A program made the translations under genes and the position numbers. Under the pieces are notes generated by a model. The model saw nothing but the letters and a program-made list of their open reading frames with translations, was not told where the DNA came from and made no database searches. From positions 237,541-301,540 of the forward strand of contig CAWHED010000004.1 in the NCBI GenBank assembly GCA_963828395.1: a stretch of DNA of 64,000 nucleotides. Reading direction: 5' to 3'. Source of the stretch: an uncultured Bacteroidales bacterium (GTDB lineage Bacteria; Bacteroidota; Bacteroidia; Bacteroidales; VadinHA17). Shown here piece by piece: positions 28,651 through 38,297 of the stretch (positions within the stretch are counted from its first letter, which is position 1; the number at the start of each line of letters is the position of its first letter).

Positions 28651-31646
28651 AGACGGTCAGGTTTGATGTGACGTTGTTTTGTATTCATGACGATATCAAA
28701 AGTATAATTTGCCGGAAGAAATCCATGTACCTCTGTACCTGATGGCTTACCGTTATCATAAAGGTCTTTAAAGGTCAGCGATGCCTTCTCGCTGTTGACC
28801 TTGTTCAGCATTTCCATACCGCTTATAATGTTCCTGAGCCCGAGCCCCGCTCCGCCCGAATTTACCTCAGAGGCTGCCTTGCGGCCAATGCCATTATCAC
28901 GGACAATAAATTCATTTCCATTTCTCACATTATGTATTGTTATTTCTATCATGCCTTTGTCTTTCTTATTTTCAATTCCATGCTTGACGGCATTCTCAAC
29001 AACCGCCTGAAATACCATCTTTGGAACCAGCATGTTCAGATCAACATCTTCAGCAACATTTATACTGTAATCAAACCTGTTGCCATAACGAAGTTTCTGA
29101 AGTTCAAGGTAGCGTGTGACGAATTCCACCTCCTCCCTGATAGGTTTAAGCAGCAGGGAGCTGTCTGTCAGCACTGATCTGAGGAGGCCGGAAAGTTTAA
29201 GGAGATAGGTATAAGCTTTTTCTTTTTCGCCCTTCATGATCAGGGAGCCGATGGAAGAAACGGCATTAAAGGTGAAATGCGGATCGAGCTGGTTGATGAC
29301 AGCACTTAATTGCATTTTGTAGCTCTCGGCCTGCAGCCGGGCTGTCTCAACCCTTTTTCTGTTAACGCGGTGGCGGATCTGTAAGCTGAGCAGGGCAATC
29401 AGGGCAATAGCCATTAACGAGGCAGCCATCTTTATGCTAAGCTTCTGGAAGAAGGCAGGTACAACATCTATAAGCAGTTTTTGGGGTTCCGGTGTCACCG
29501 TGCCGTCGCTGTTAAATGCGTTCAGCTCAAAGGTATATTTACCCGGAGGGAGGTCGGTAAGGGTAACAGACCGTTCTGCTGTTTTCGGCGACCAGGCATC
29601 ATGCAGTCCCGGTAATCTGTACTGATAGGTGATATCTTCCGGGTATCTGGTTGAGATTCCGGTAAAGTTTATCTTAATGTCATTAGTCAGGCCGCTGACC
29701 GACAGCCTGTTTCCTGTATGATAAAAGAGGGAGGAGTCAAGGACAGAAACCCACCCGGAGGCGTCGCCGGGAATTTCCGCCGACGTTATGTGTGTCAATG
29801 GAGGATTCGTTTTTTTCTTTATCCTTTCCGGATAGAAGCAGATTAGTTTGTCTGATGTCAGCAGCCACCATCTTCCGTTTGCATCCTTTACAATGCCATT
29901 GTCCTGGCAGTCGATGCCGTTGTAGCCCCGGCTGCGTCCCAGAATGGTAAAATAATCCGACTGCCCTGAATAATATTTATCAAGGTCAATGATGCACAGA
30001 TCCAGCATGCGACCCACAAGAAGGCAGTGATCGCCAAGATCGCGGATGACATTGGCGGGGCGGTTCATCCCTTCAGCCAGGGCTGGTGTGAAAACAAGGT
30101 TATCAGGATCACAGATTAAAATCCCGTCAGATCCGGCACACCATATTCTTCCGGTATAATCCTTCAGGATACTCCATACCATCTCTGCCGGTGCAGGCGC
30201 GGACCGGAAAGGAGTGAAGCTTTTCCCGTCAAAAAGGACAATACCGTAATGCCCTGCCAGCCAGTATTTGCCATTATTATCTCTTGCAATCCCTTCGACC
30301 ACGCCAAATTGTGAAGCTGACATCTCAGGATAGAATTCTGTTTTCTCTCCCCTGACGTGATATAATCCCATATCAGTACCAATCAATACAGATTTGTCAA
30401 CAGGATCTTCATAGATGATGCATACCTGCACTCCTTCGGGAATTGGCTTAAATTTCCTGAATTTCATTCCATCCCGGATAAGCACTCCATGGTTGACTGA
30501 AAGCCATACTTCTCCATTTGAAAGGGTCGTACTTCCTCTGAAGAAGACGGGATCGTTCACAAAAAGACCCTTATAATCATCTTTTGAAATAAATCTGTTT
30601 CCGTCAAAGTACTGCAGTTCTCCGTAGATTGATCCAATCCACAGTCCGCCGGCAGGATCAGCTGCCAGTGCCCAGGGATTGGAAACAAGACCGTCGTCTT
30701 CATCGTATTCTATGAAAGCATCTGACACCATCCTGAAAATCTTCGTATCAGTCATCATCCACAGGGTGCTGTCACGGTCGATCATGTAGAAGATCACACC
30801 GCCATAAATCCATTTAACATTGTTGCTCTCCGGATGTAACTCATTAAGGATGCTCTCAGGATTGTAACGGAGCCGGCCTCCCATGTCTGCCAGGGAAGCC
30901 GGACTGTAATTTCCGGTAAAGTATAAGCCGTTCAGGTTATCCCGGGAAGAGGAAGTCCTCCCGGTAATTTTCAATATGGCGTCTTTGACCTGTATTGGGG
31001 TTAAAGGTTTTTTTCCGATGACAGAGAGAACTCCTTTTCTGAATCTGGAGAGAGCCACATCCGGGCCGGTAAGATAAAGGGATGAGTCTTTGCTGTCAAA
31101 AGCGGCAATGACCAGCGAATCTCGTTGCAGGACAGGATTCCTTTTGCTGTAGTCATAATACATGCCGGAATCAAACAAGATAATCTTCCTGTGATCCCTT
31201 GAATTCTCGGTCAGAAAAAAAGCTCCCGGCTTGCCGGTCATACATTCGAAACCCACCTGTTTAATTTTAAGCGAATCAGGAGTCGGGTGGCTGTGAAATG
31301 TTTTTCCCGTGAAGTATGCCAGGCCTTTTGGGGTGACAGCCCAGATAGTGCCGTCGACATCTTCTATGATCCGTGAGACGATGTTTGACGGCAGGCCGTC
31401 TTTGCGGTAGAAAGAAGTAAATGAATGTCCGTCGAACAGTGTGAGGCCGTTGCGGGTGTTCATCCAGATATATCCGCGGCTGTCCTGCATTCCCCCCATC
31501 GTCTCCAGCTGTGGCAGCCCGTCGTCGCTGGTGTATTCCCTGAAGGGATAGGTCTGGGCACGTGAGGAGAGGCTCATGGCGAACAGCACAAGTGACAGAA
31601 ATGCAACTAATGGTATTCCCGGAAAGCATCTCTCCTTTTCCTTCAT
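28647..31646 (-). CDS. Sensor histidine kinase with periplasmic beta-propeller/Y_Y_Y repeats (LytS/YesM-type His_kinase + HATPase)
   Basis: Propeller-like repeats occur (DGLPSNIVSRIIEDVDGTIWAVT). One TM segment precedes LDPHFTFNAVSSIGSLI (His_kinase) and ENAVKHG...GLGLRN. Confidence 0.85.
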   Translation of the reverse strand: MKEKERCFPGIPLVAFLSLVLFAMSLSSRAQTYPFREYTSDDGLPQLETMGGMQDSRGYIWMNTRNGLTLFDGHSFTSFYRKDGLPSNIVSRIIEDVDGTIWAVTPKGLAYFTGKTFHSHPTPDSLKIKQVGFECMTGKPGAFFLTENSRDHRKIILFDSGMYYDYSKRNPVLQRDSLVIAAFDSKDSSLYLTGPDVALSRFRKGVLSVIGKKPLTPIQVKDAILKITGRTSSSRDNLNGLYFTGNYSPASLADMGGRLRYNPESILNELHPESNNVKWIYGGVIFYMIDRDSTLWMMTDTKIFRMVSDAFIEYDEDDGLVSNPWALAADPAGGLWIGSIYGELQYFDGNRFISKDDYKGLFVNDPVFFRGSTTLSNGEVWLSVNHGVLIRDGMKFRKFKPIPEGVQVCIIYEDPVDKSVLIGTDMGLYHVRGEKTEFYPEMSASQFGVVEGIARDNNGKYWLAGHYGIVLFDGKSFTPFRSAPAPAEMVWSILKDYTGRIWCAGSDGILICDPDNLVFTPALAEGMNRPANVIRDLGDHCLLVGRMLDLCIIDLDKYYSGQSDYFTILGRSRGYNGIDCQDNGIVKDANGRWWLLTSDKLICFYPERIKKKTNPPLTHITSAEIPGDASGWVSVLDSSLFYHTGNRLSVSGLTNDIKINFTGISTRYPEDITYQYRLPGLHDAWSPKTAERSVTLTDLPPGKYTFELNAFNSDGTVTPEPQKLLIDVVPAFFQKLSIKMAASLMAIALIALLSLQIRHRVNRKRVETARLQAESYKMQLSAVINQLDPHFTFNAVSSIGSLIMKGEKEKAYTYLLKLSGLLRSVLTDSSLLLKPIREEVEFVTRYLELQKLRYGNRFDYSINVAEDVDLNMLVPKMVFQAVVENAVKHGIENKKDKGMIEITIHNVRNGNEFIVRDNGIGRKAASEVNSGGAGLGLRNIISGMEMLNKVNSEKASLTFKDLYDNGKPSGTEVHGFLPANYTFDIVMNTKQRHIKPDRL

Positions 31647-31809
31647 AATCAGCAGTATTACCGGTAAATATACCTATTATTGCAAATAAAAGAAAACTCT
31701 TGAAACACAAGTTCAGGCGGTTTCTTCTTTAATTTAAAAGGAATATCAGACGCATCGGTTTATTAAGAATAACCCATACAAATACGCCTTTATAAAGATT
31801 AAATAGCCT

Positions 31810-32115
31810 CTAATCCTTAACACACTGAACTGCCAGGCTGGAATTTATATTAACACAGTCCTTCTCCACCGCGCTTACCCCGCTGTTCATTACCCGGCAG
31901 GAGCTCTCGTCAGAGCTCCACCGGAGAACTTGTACACTAATGTTATTGACTGTTCCATTGCTTAAATGGAAACCACCCGGGAAGGCCGTAAAACCACTGC
32001 TGTTATTACTTTCAAGGCCATTACCAATAGCACCTGGTGTTGTATTTATACTCCAATTTGAGGTGGCTGCCATGGGTATAGTGATGACCGCTCCACTTAC
32101 CTCGTAGCCATAACC
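31810..32115 (-). pseudogene. 5'-truncated remnant of a FISUMP (Fibrobacter succinogenes major paralogous) domain protein
   Basis: Only the C-terminal half is present: W...SGFTAFPGGF...WSS...AVQCVKD (the family ends in vRCvkD). The reading frame is closed by a TAA at 32116-32118. There is no signal peptide or N-terminal half. Confidence 0.6.
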
Positions 32116-32282
32116 TTAACAGATGAGAAATAGACCGTAAATATTTGTCATCAAATATTTCAAATTAATCAATCTATTTAATTTGTTGATCAAAATGTCA
32201 GAGAAATTCATTTAAGATTCATGCCATTAGAACTATTTTGTGTCTAAACTGTTAGATTAAAGTTTCACTAAAACTAGAAAAG

Positions 32283-33242
32283 ATGAAAAAATTAACCTAT
32301 TTATTTGCGAGTCTAATTATGGTCGCATTAATAGTTTCCTGCTCTAAGGACGCTACTACAGATGACAATGCAATGTTAAAGGGGGCAGTCGTTATTGGCC
32401 CCAGCTTTCCAATCTCTGACGGTCCTGATGGTATTCCTGTGGACATGGAAGGGGATAGTGATGATGGTATTCAACCAGAGATTATTGATGGGGCAAACCC
32501 TGGTGGAAACAGAACCTGTGAGGATGTTGGATGGGCATTTATGAGTGATTATAGTTGGTTTGACTTATGTGGTGACAAACTTGACTATTCTGACGGTGCT
32601 TTTACCGGGACATTTTCTGATGGTCTTAATGTAACTGTAACTGATGGCAAATTTGTTTCTTTTGAAATGGAGAACTGTATTATGATTGGAGACAATTATT
32701 ACAAAGTTGGTGCTGTCATTGTCAAAGGAAGTAATGCCGCAAATGTTTATTTCTATGAGGATGGTATACTAAGTGACGGAGGCCTCTCTGCTCCACTGAA
32801 TGCAAATGGCAAGCCTGCCGGACTAAGCAATCTTACTTTCTGCTTTGTTGAATGTGAAATACAATCTGATCTGGTTGTTGGCTTTAAGTCTTATATGAAT
32901 GGTGGTACTAACTGGGTAACCACAGGAGCATTTATAACTTCTTATCCTTTAACCCTGAACGCCAGCTATAAGTTATACTTGGACTATTGGGGAGGTGAAC
33001 AGGAAGCTATTGAGGTTGGGAACCTTACTATAACAGATCTTTATCCGACGGATGGCTACTGGGAAATAACAGTTGATAATTATATTATGCCTACTATGCA
33101 ATTCACACAGCCTTTCCTTTATGTGGGCCCAGCTGCTGGTTTTAACACGGACTTTCACAACTATCCATATCCTCTTCCAAAAGATCCTATTGACCCAACG
33201 GACACATGGAGATATACATTAAATTATCAATTACCTTTATGA
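32283..33242 (+). CDS. Hypothetical lipoprotein
   Basis: The lipobox is LIMVALIVSCSKD. The gene is AT-rich and I recognise no family. Confidence 0.6.
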   Translation: MKKLTYLFASLIMVALIVSCSKDATTDDNAMLKGAVVIGPSFPISDGPDGIPVDMEGDSDDGIQPEIIDGANPGGNRTCEDVGWAFMSDYSWFDLCGDKLDYSDGAFTGTFSDGLNVTVTDGKFVSFEMENCIMIGDNYYKVGAVIVKGSNAANVYFYEDGILSDGGLSAPLNANGKPAGLSNLTFCFVECEIQSDLVVGFKSYMNGGTNWVTTGAFITSYPLTLNASYKLYLDYWGGEQEAIEVGNLTITDLYPTDGYWEITVDNYIMPTMQFTQPFLYVGPAAGFNTDFHNYPYPLPKDPIDPTDTWRYTLNYQLPL

Positions 33243-33283
33243 GTTAGTTTAATGATGAAATAATATTTAATATATTCACCCAG

Positions 33284-33317
33284 AAGAGGTCATCTTAAAA
33301 ATGGCCTCTTTTTTTTG
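33284..33317 (+). terminator. Rho-independent terminator
   Basis: AAGAGGTCAT-cttaaaa-ATGGCCTCTT is followed by a T8 run. Confidence 0.75.
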
Positions 33318-33375
33318 TTTAGGTTGAAACGAAAAGCCCTTCCGCATTCTTATAAATAGGGTTAGGCGGGCGTTC

Positions 33376-33450
33376 AGGGGCGTACTGTAAAAGAACCAGG
33401 GACCTCTTGCCTGTCAAACAAACGCACTAAACCAACTGAACTAACGTCCC
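33376..33450 (-). pseudogene. Degenerate tRNA-Val(GAC) copy (non-functional)
   Basis: It is 75 nt and collinear with the intact tRNA-Val at 36603-36677, with 10 mismatches. The mismatches destroy the T-stem/T-loop (TTCTTTT instead of TTCGACT) and the anticodon stem. Confidence 0.8.
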
Positions 33451-33848
33451 GGCTGTGGTCACAGGATTTATTTCTTCATGCTGCAAAACCGTGACCCTCT
33501 TGAGATCAGTATTGTATTTGTGAAGTGTACGCTGACCGTTACACAATCATATGCCGAGAAATTACAAGTAACAAATTTTAAGGTTATTCAAAGGAACTCA
33601 TTGGCCGCATTGACCATTAAAATGGGGAATGGATTCGAAAATATCAGTAATCACACAAATAGGTGTGAATTATATAAATCCTTTTTGTTTTTATGTAACA
33701 ATTCCCCTGATCTAGAGTCCTAATTTTGTTAGGTGATAACTTCATTATTGCCACACAAAAGGCCAATGTATTAGGTGCTTGGGGAAAATCAGATCTCATT
33801 TGGTAACCGAAGTGTTGGGTCAGTTAGAATGCAAATTATTGAGTCAAG

Positions 33849-34838
33849 ATGAAAAGGACCTTTATATTGTTGATTTTATGCAACATTTCCTTAATTCAAT
33901 ACGGGCAGATTATAGCTGATCATAGAGTAGTTGATTTATATGATGATATACCACAACAATGGATTGATGCTGTAAAGAAAATGTGGGTTTCAATACCTGG
34001 AGAATCTCATAGTCTTGGGTATAGAACCGGATTAAATTTACTTGAAGTCTTAGATCCCGCCTATGATGTTAATGTTAAAGAATCCGGGACACCTGAAGCA
34101 TATACAACAAATCATTTAAGAGCGAGTAAAGCTACAAGGGATGATTGGGGCGGATGGTCTTATAGTTGTGGAGAAGATGGTTGGTGGACAAATTCTGCTG
34201 CAATTACAGGTATAGAAAATAGTATTACATATTGTAACACAAATAATTTGGAAGTAGCGGCGATAGGTTTTGGATGGTGCTGGGATGCAATAGCAGGATC
34301 TCCAACTACAAATGTTGATCCAGTTTATGGAGTACATTGGTATGGCTGGTCACAGGGAAGTCCAACAGGAGATAGTTCCTGGGGGCTAGAATCTAATGAT
34401 TATGCACAAACATCAAATTCTGTAAGTCTTGATACATATTTAGCGGCTACGCAAGCATATGTTGATTATTGTAACGCAAAAGGATATAATACAAAAGTAT
34501 TCTTTACGACAGGTCCGGTTGATACATATTATTATGGAGAAGCCGGATATCAGGGTCATCTCAAATATGAGAGGATAAGAGATTATGTTAAGGCAAATTC
34601 TACAAGAATACTTTTTGATTATGCTGATATATTGAGTTATGATGATAATGGGTCAACAAGCGCAACAACCTGGAATGGTCATACATATCCTAATATAACC
34701 AACACTAACTTGTCTCCAACAGTAGATGCCATGCATATTTCAAATGCAGGAGCATTAAGATTGGGCAAGGCGATGTGGTGGATGCTGGCAAGGATTGCAG
34801 GATGGGATGGCGGGATGATTATCCCAACAGAAACCTAG
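33849..34838 (+). CDS. N-terminal part of an amber-interrupted secreted protein, possibly an SGNH-like esterase domain
   Basis: A signal peptide is present (MKRTFILLILCNISLIQYGQ). GESHS early and DAMH near the end are reminiscent of SGNH blocks I and V (weak). The ORF ends at a TAG that is in frame with the next ORF. Confidence 0.6.
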   Translation: MKRTFILLILCNISLIQYGQIIADHRVVDLYDDIPQQWIDAVKKMWVSIPGESHSLGYRTGLNLLEVLDPAYDVNVKESGTPEAYTTNHLRASKATRDDWGGWSYSCGEDGWWTNSAAITGIENSITYCNTNNLEVAAIGFGWCWDAIAGSPTTNVDPVYGVHWYGWSQGSPTGDSSWGLESNDYAQTSNSVSLDTYLAATQAYVDYCNAKGYNTKVFFTTGPVDTYYYGEAGYQGHLKYERIRDYVKANSTRILFDYADILSYDDNGSTSATTWNGHTYPNITNTNLSPTVDAMHISNAGALRLGKAMWWMLARIAGWDGGMIIPTET

Positions 34839-36536
34839 CTGGGCGTAACTACAGATTGGAACACCGGTTCAAACTGGTACAGTGGTACTGTTCCCACCGC
34901 TGTAACTAATGTGATAATACCTTTGGCCACAATACAGCCGGTTGTTACAACCTTACCAGTAGCCACATGTAATAATATGACTATAAGCTCCGGTGCCTCT
35001 CTTACCATAAATGCAGGCTGTGCACTCACGGTGAATGGTAATTTATCCAACTCTGGCACACTCACCATTTTGTCGGCTGCCACTGACATGAACGGTTCTC
35101 TGATTGTGAAGGGTTCGAGTACTGGTGCTGTAACATATAGCCGTTTTTTACGTCCGGAAAATAATGCCGGAGATCTGCATTACATCTCTTCTCCGCTTGG
35201 CGGCCAGTCCGTCTCCGGATTTACTACAGCAAACAGCTCTAAAATTGACATCCTTGATTCTGACTATCAGATATGGCAATGGAATGAAGAGTCCTTAACC
35301 GACAACTGGCAAATTGTTTCTTCTTCCAGCAGTTTAGTAACTGGAAAAGGGTACAATATTGACCAGAGAACCGGAAGTGATGGTCTTTTAATTTTTACAG
35401 GCTCTGTTGTCAATTCGGCTACATTCACCTCAACCTCACCTTATAAAAACGGGTACACTGCCAGAACCACTCTGTACGACTACGGTTATAATAATCCAAA
35501 TCTGATCTGGTCAGGGACCAGAAACTGGACAAACTATGGCGGCGGAGGATGGAACCTGATGGGTAATCCGTTTACTTCAGCAATGAATGCAGCAACTTTC
35601 ATTGCGGCCAACGACAATAGGTTTGACCCATATTATCAGGCGCTATATGTCTATGACGGATTAAGTGGTGTATACAAATATGCTGCTGCAGAAACACCGG
35701 GATATCCTGGAGGTGGATCATACGGGAATTATGTACAGACGGGGCAGGGATTTTTTGTACTCGCTCTTTACGATGGCATCGTGTTCAATTTTAACTCAAC
35801 CATGCAAGTGCATAATACAAGTGTCACGCTGTGGAAATCAGCCCTGGCTGAAGAACCATGGCCGGGATTGCAGCTGAAAGCTAAATATGGCAGCAATGAA
35901 AGCCTGACCACCATTGTCTATAATAGTGAAATGACTACGGGCCTTGATCCCGGATATGACGTTGGCCAGTTCAGTACAGGTCCTGCTGTTGAGATATATA
36001 CAACTCTTGCAGCAAATGACAACAATGTGAATTTTGCCCGCCAGGCACTGCCTGTAACCGATTGCGACAAGTATATTGTGGCAGTGGGAATTGATTCCGA
36101 AAATGGCGGCGAGGTTACTTTCTCAGCCTATATTGTTCCGCTTGAGAATTATAATTTCTGGCTTGAAGACCGTAAAACCGGGACCTTCACTGCTCTTAAT
36201 AGTGATACATATACAGTAACCCTGCCAGCTAATACATACGGAACAGGACGGTTCTTCATCTATGCTTCAATAAATACGCCTACTGCAATCACAACGCAAC
36301 CAACCGTCCCGGATATACATATCTGGACATATAATGACAAGGTGATCATCAAAGGTGACGTTAGTGACAAGGCTTTATGCGAGGTGTATGATATAAGGGG
36401 AAAGATAGCCCTGGAAGTCCGCCTCTCCGGCGGGGAGTTAAACACTGTTAACGTACCTGCAGGATCAAAAGGCATTTATCTTGTCAGGGTTGTTGACGGG
36501 ATAAGTGTTTATAATACTAAGGTCGTATTTTTGTAA
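34839..36536 (+). CDS. C-terminal part of the same gene: T9SS-sorted surface protein, paralogous to the C-terminal half of CDS 2-3457
   Basis: It is in the same frame as 33849-34838 and open immediately after the TAG. LGVTTDWNTGSNWYSGTVP, NLMGNPFTS and GQGFFV are present. The T9SS CTD is CEVYDIRGKIALEV...KGIYLVRVVDG...KVVFL. It has no signal peptide and no credible start (the track uses a GTG at 34911 inside the conserved motif). Confidence 0.7.
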   Translation: MGVTTDWNTGSNWYSGTVPTAVTNVIIPLATIQPVVTTLPVATCNNMTISSGASLTINAGCALTVNGNLSNSGTLTILSAATDMNGSLIVKGSSTGAVTYSRFLRPENNAGDLHYISSPLGGQSVSGFTTANSSKIDILDSDYQIWQWNEESLTDNWQIVSSSSSLVTGKGYNIDQRTGSDGLLIFTGSVVNSATFTSTSPYKNGYTARTTLYDYGYNNPNLIWSGTRNWTNYGGGGWNLMGNPFTSAMNAATFIAANDNRFDPYYQALYVYDGLSGVYKYAAAETPGYPGGGSYGNYVQTGQGFFVLALYDGIVFNFNSTMQVHNTSVTLWKSALAEEPWPGLQLKAKYGSNESLTTIVYNSEMTTGLDPGYDVGQFSTGPAVEIYTTLAANDNNVNFARQALPVTDCDKYIVAVGIDSENGGEVTFSAYIVPLENYNFWLEDRKTGTFTALNSDTYTVTLPANTYGTGRFFIYASINTPTAITTQPTVPDIHIWTYNDKVIIKGDVSDKALCEVYDIRGKIALEVRLSGGELNTVNVPAGSKGIYLVRVVDGISVYNTKVVFL

Positions 36537-36550
36537 GTATTCCTGAAAAG

Positions 36551-36598
36551 AAATAAAAAAGCCCTCCTTCATCCTGGTGTATCCGGACTTCGGAGGGC
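36551..36598 (-). terminator. Hairpin plus T-tract downstream of tRNA-Val
   Basis: On the minus strand, GCCCTCC...GGAGGGC is followed by TTTTTTATTT. Confidence 0.5.
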
Positions 36599-36602
36599 AT
36601 TG

Positions 36603-36677
36603 TGGGGCGTACTGGAGTCGAACCAGTGACCTCTTGCCTGTCAAGCAAGCGTTCTAAACCAACTGAACTAACGTCCC
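36603..36677 (-). tRNA. tRNA-Val (anticodon GAC)
   Basis: Hand fold: acceptor GGGACGT/ACGCCCC (one A:C mismatch), D-arm GTTC/GAAC, anticodon arm CTTGC-TTGACAG-GCAAG, T-arm ACTGG-TTCGACT-CCAGT. Confidence 0.88.
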
Positions 36678-36713
36678 GGCCGGGCAAAGATAAAAAAAAA
36701 TTGAAATTGACGA

Positions 36714-38237
36714 TTACTCGATCATCACCGGTGTGTTGAACGAGAAGAGAAACGATGATCCCTTCCGCGGAAGGGACTCAACCCAGATACGGCCTTTCAT
36801 CAGCTCCGCCAGGCGCTTGCATATCGCCAGCCCGAGACCGGCACCCTGCACCTTGGGCACATCCTCGTTCCAGTACTGAACAAAGGGCTTGAAGATGTCG
36901 TCAAGCCTGTCAGGCTGAATACCCTGCCCGGTGTCACTGACGAAATATGTAATTGCATACCTGTTCTCGTTGCGGGCGATCTTATAACCGAACTTAATCT
37001 CTCCTTTTTCTGTGAACTTGATGGCATTGCCTATCAGGTTACTGAAGATCTGGCTCAGCCGTAACTCGTCGATATACTGATATACTTTTTGTTTGGTTTT
37101 GTCAATAACAGGCGTTAACACAAGGTTCTTTTTCCCTGCAGCTTCCAGCTCATAGGCTATCGAAGGAGCCATTGCGGAGATGAAACCGTTAAGCTCAACA
37201 TTCGTATATTTTATTTCCATGCTGTTGCTCTCAATACGCGACATGTCGATCATGTCGTTGATAAGCCTCAGCAGACGCTGTGAGTTGATGTCGATGAGGC
37301 TGACCATCTCCGCCTTCTCCTCTTTAGTTGTTTTCATCGACGTGAGGATATTGACAAACCCCATCATCGCATTCAGCGGTGTTCGTATCTCATGACTGAA
37401 ATTGGCAAGGAAAGTTGTCTTGAGCCTGTCGGACTCTTCAGCCTGCCGCCGTGCCATTATCAGGTCATCCATGATCTTCTGCGTCTCGGTGATGTCCTGG
37501 CAGGTACCATAACGGTAAAGCTGCCTTCCGTTCTCATCATACTTCACGTTTGAGTTGACAGCGATAGCCTTGACCTTACCTGAAGGAGTGATGATCCTGT
37601 AATGCATGGAGTACGACTCTTTCCTGTGTTCTATGGCATCCTCAATCGTGGAGATAAGAAACGACCTGTCTTCCGGATGAGTGTATGAAATATTATCCTG
37701 GTAAGTAATTGAGAGGGCCGTGGGCTCATCCATGTATATCCGGCCTATTTCTTCTGATCCGATGTATCTTTCTGTCTCCGGACGATACTCCCACCATCCG
37801 AAGTGACCGATGCGCTGTGCCTCCCTGAGGTGCTCTTCGTTCAGCTCAAGGGTCCTGCGGATCCGGTATTCCTCGGTCATATCGCTTATCAGGCTGACAT
37901 GAAACTTTTCAGAGAAGCGGGTCTCTATCTTAACAGTGATGATAGTCCCGTCCTTGCGCCGGGCCGGCCTGACCGACTGTTCGTCAGACTTTGATTTTAA
38001 TACCGGTCCGGTCACTTCAGGTTCGGTAGACAGGTCGAGGGGGGTCATCTTTTTCAGCTCCTCCCTGCTGTATCCGAACAGCTCAGTGGCTGCCCTGTTC
38101 ACATTGATAAACCTGTTCGTGGCATTATCGATGAGCATGATGGCATAACCAGTCTGGTTAAAGACCTCCTTATACTTGTTGAAGGTCTTGCCTGCAAGTA
38201 TTTTCTGAAAAAAACGGCCGGATACTAGCCTCGTCAC
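36714..38237 (-). CDS. PAS-domain sensor histidine kinase (cytoplasmic)
   Basis: There are two PAS-like segments, a HisKA domain (FLANFSHEIRTPLNAM) and a HATPase domain (GNAIKFT...DTGQGI...GAGLGLAICK). Confidence 0.88.
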   Translation of the reverse strand: MTRLVSGRFFQKILAGKTFNKYKEVFNQTGYAIMLIDNATNRFINVNRAATELFGYSREELKKMTPLDLSTEPEVTGPVLKSKSDEQSVRPARRKDGTIITVKIETRFSEKFHVSLISDMTEEYRIRRTLELNEEHLREAQRIGHFGWWEYRPETERYIGSEEIGRIYMDEPTALSITYQDNISYTHPEDRSFLISTIEDAIEHRKESYSMHYRIITPSGKVKAIAVNSNVKYDENGRQLYRYGTCQDITETQKIMDDLIMARRQAEESDRLKTTFLANFSHEIRTPLNAMMGFVNILTSMKTTKEEKAEMVSLIDINSQRLLRLINDMIDMSRIESNSMEIKYTNVELNGFISAMAPSIAYELEAAGKKNLVLTPVIDKTKQKVYQYIDELRLSQIFSNLIGNAIKFTEKGEIKFGYKIARNENRYAITYFVSDTGQGIQPDRLDDIFKPFVQYWNEDVPKVQGAGLGLAICKRLAELMKGRIWVESLPRKGSSFLFSFNTPVMIE

Positions 38238-38297
38238 TTTTCCTTAAAGTTAGAATGTAATGCAGCGGTAAAAATATAGTTTTTTCGGATATGCTGT

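Noticed and set aside
33478-33723. An 81-aa ORF between the pseudo-tRNA-Val and the islet gene. ORF 54003-54275, right of ATPase-2, is a similar case.
   Set aside because: These are AT-rich intergenic sequences with no signal, motif or ribosome-binding context. They are probably spurious.
34836-34838. TAG reassignment (alternative genetic code or pyrrolysine) as the explanation for the in-frame amber.
   Set aside because: TAG clearly terminates other conserved genes here: the acyltransferase at 10141-10143, the CBM9-like gene at 22117-22119 and the dksA-like gene at 59613-59615. No pyl genes are seen.
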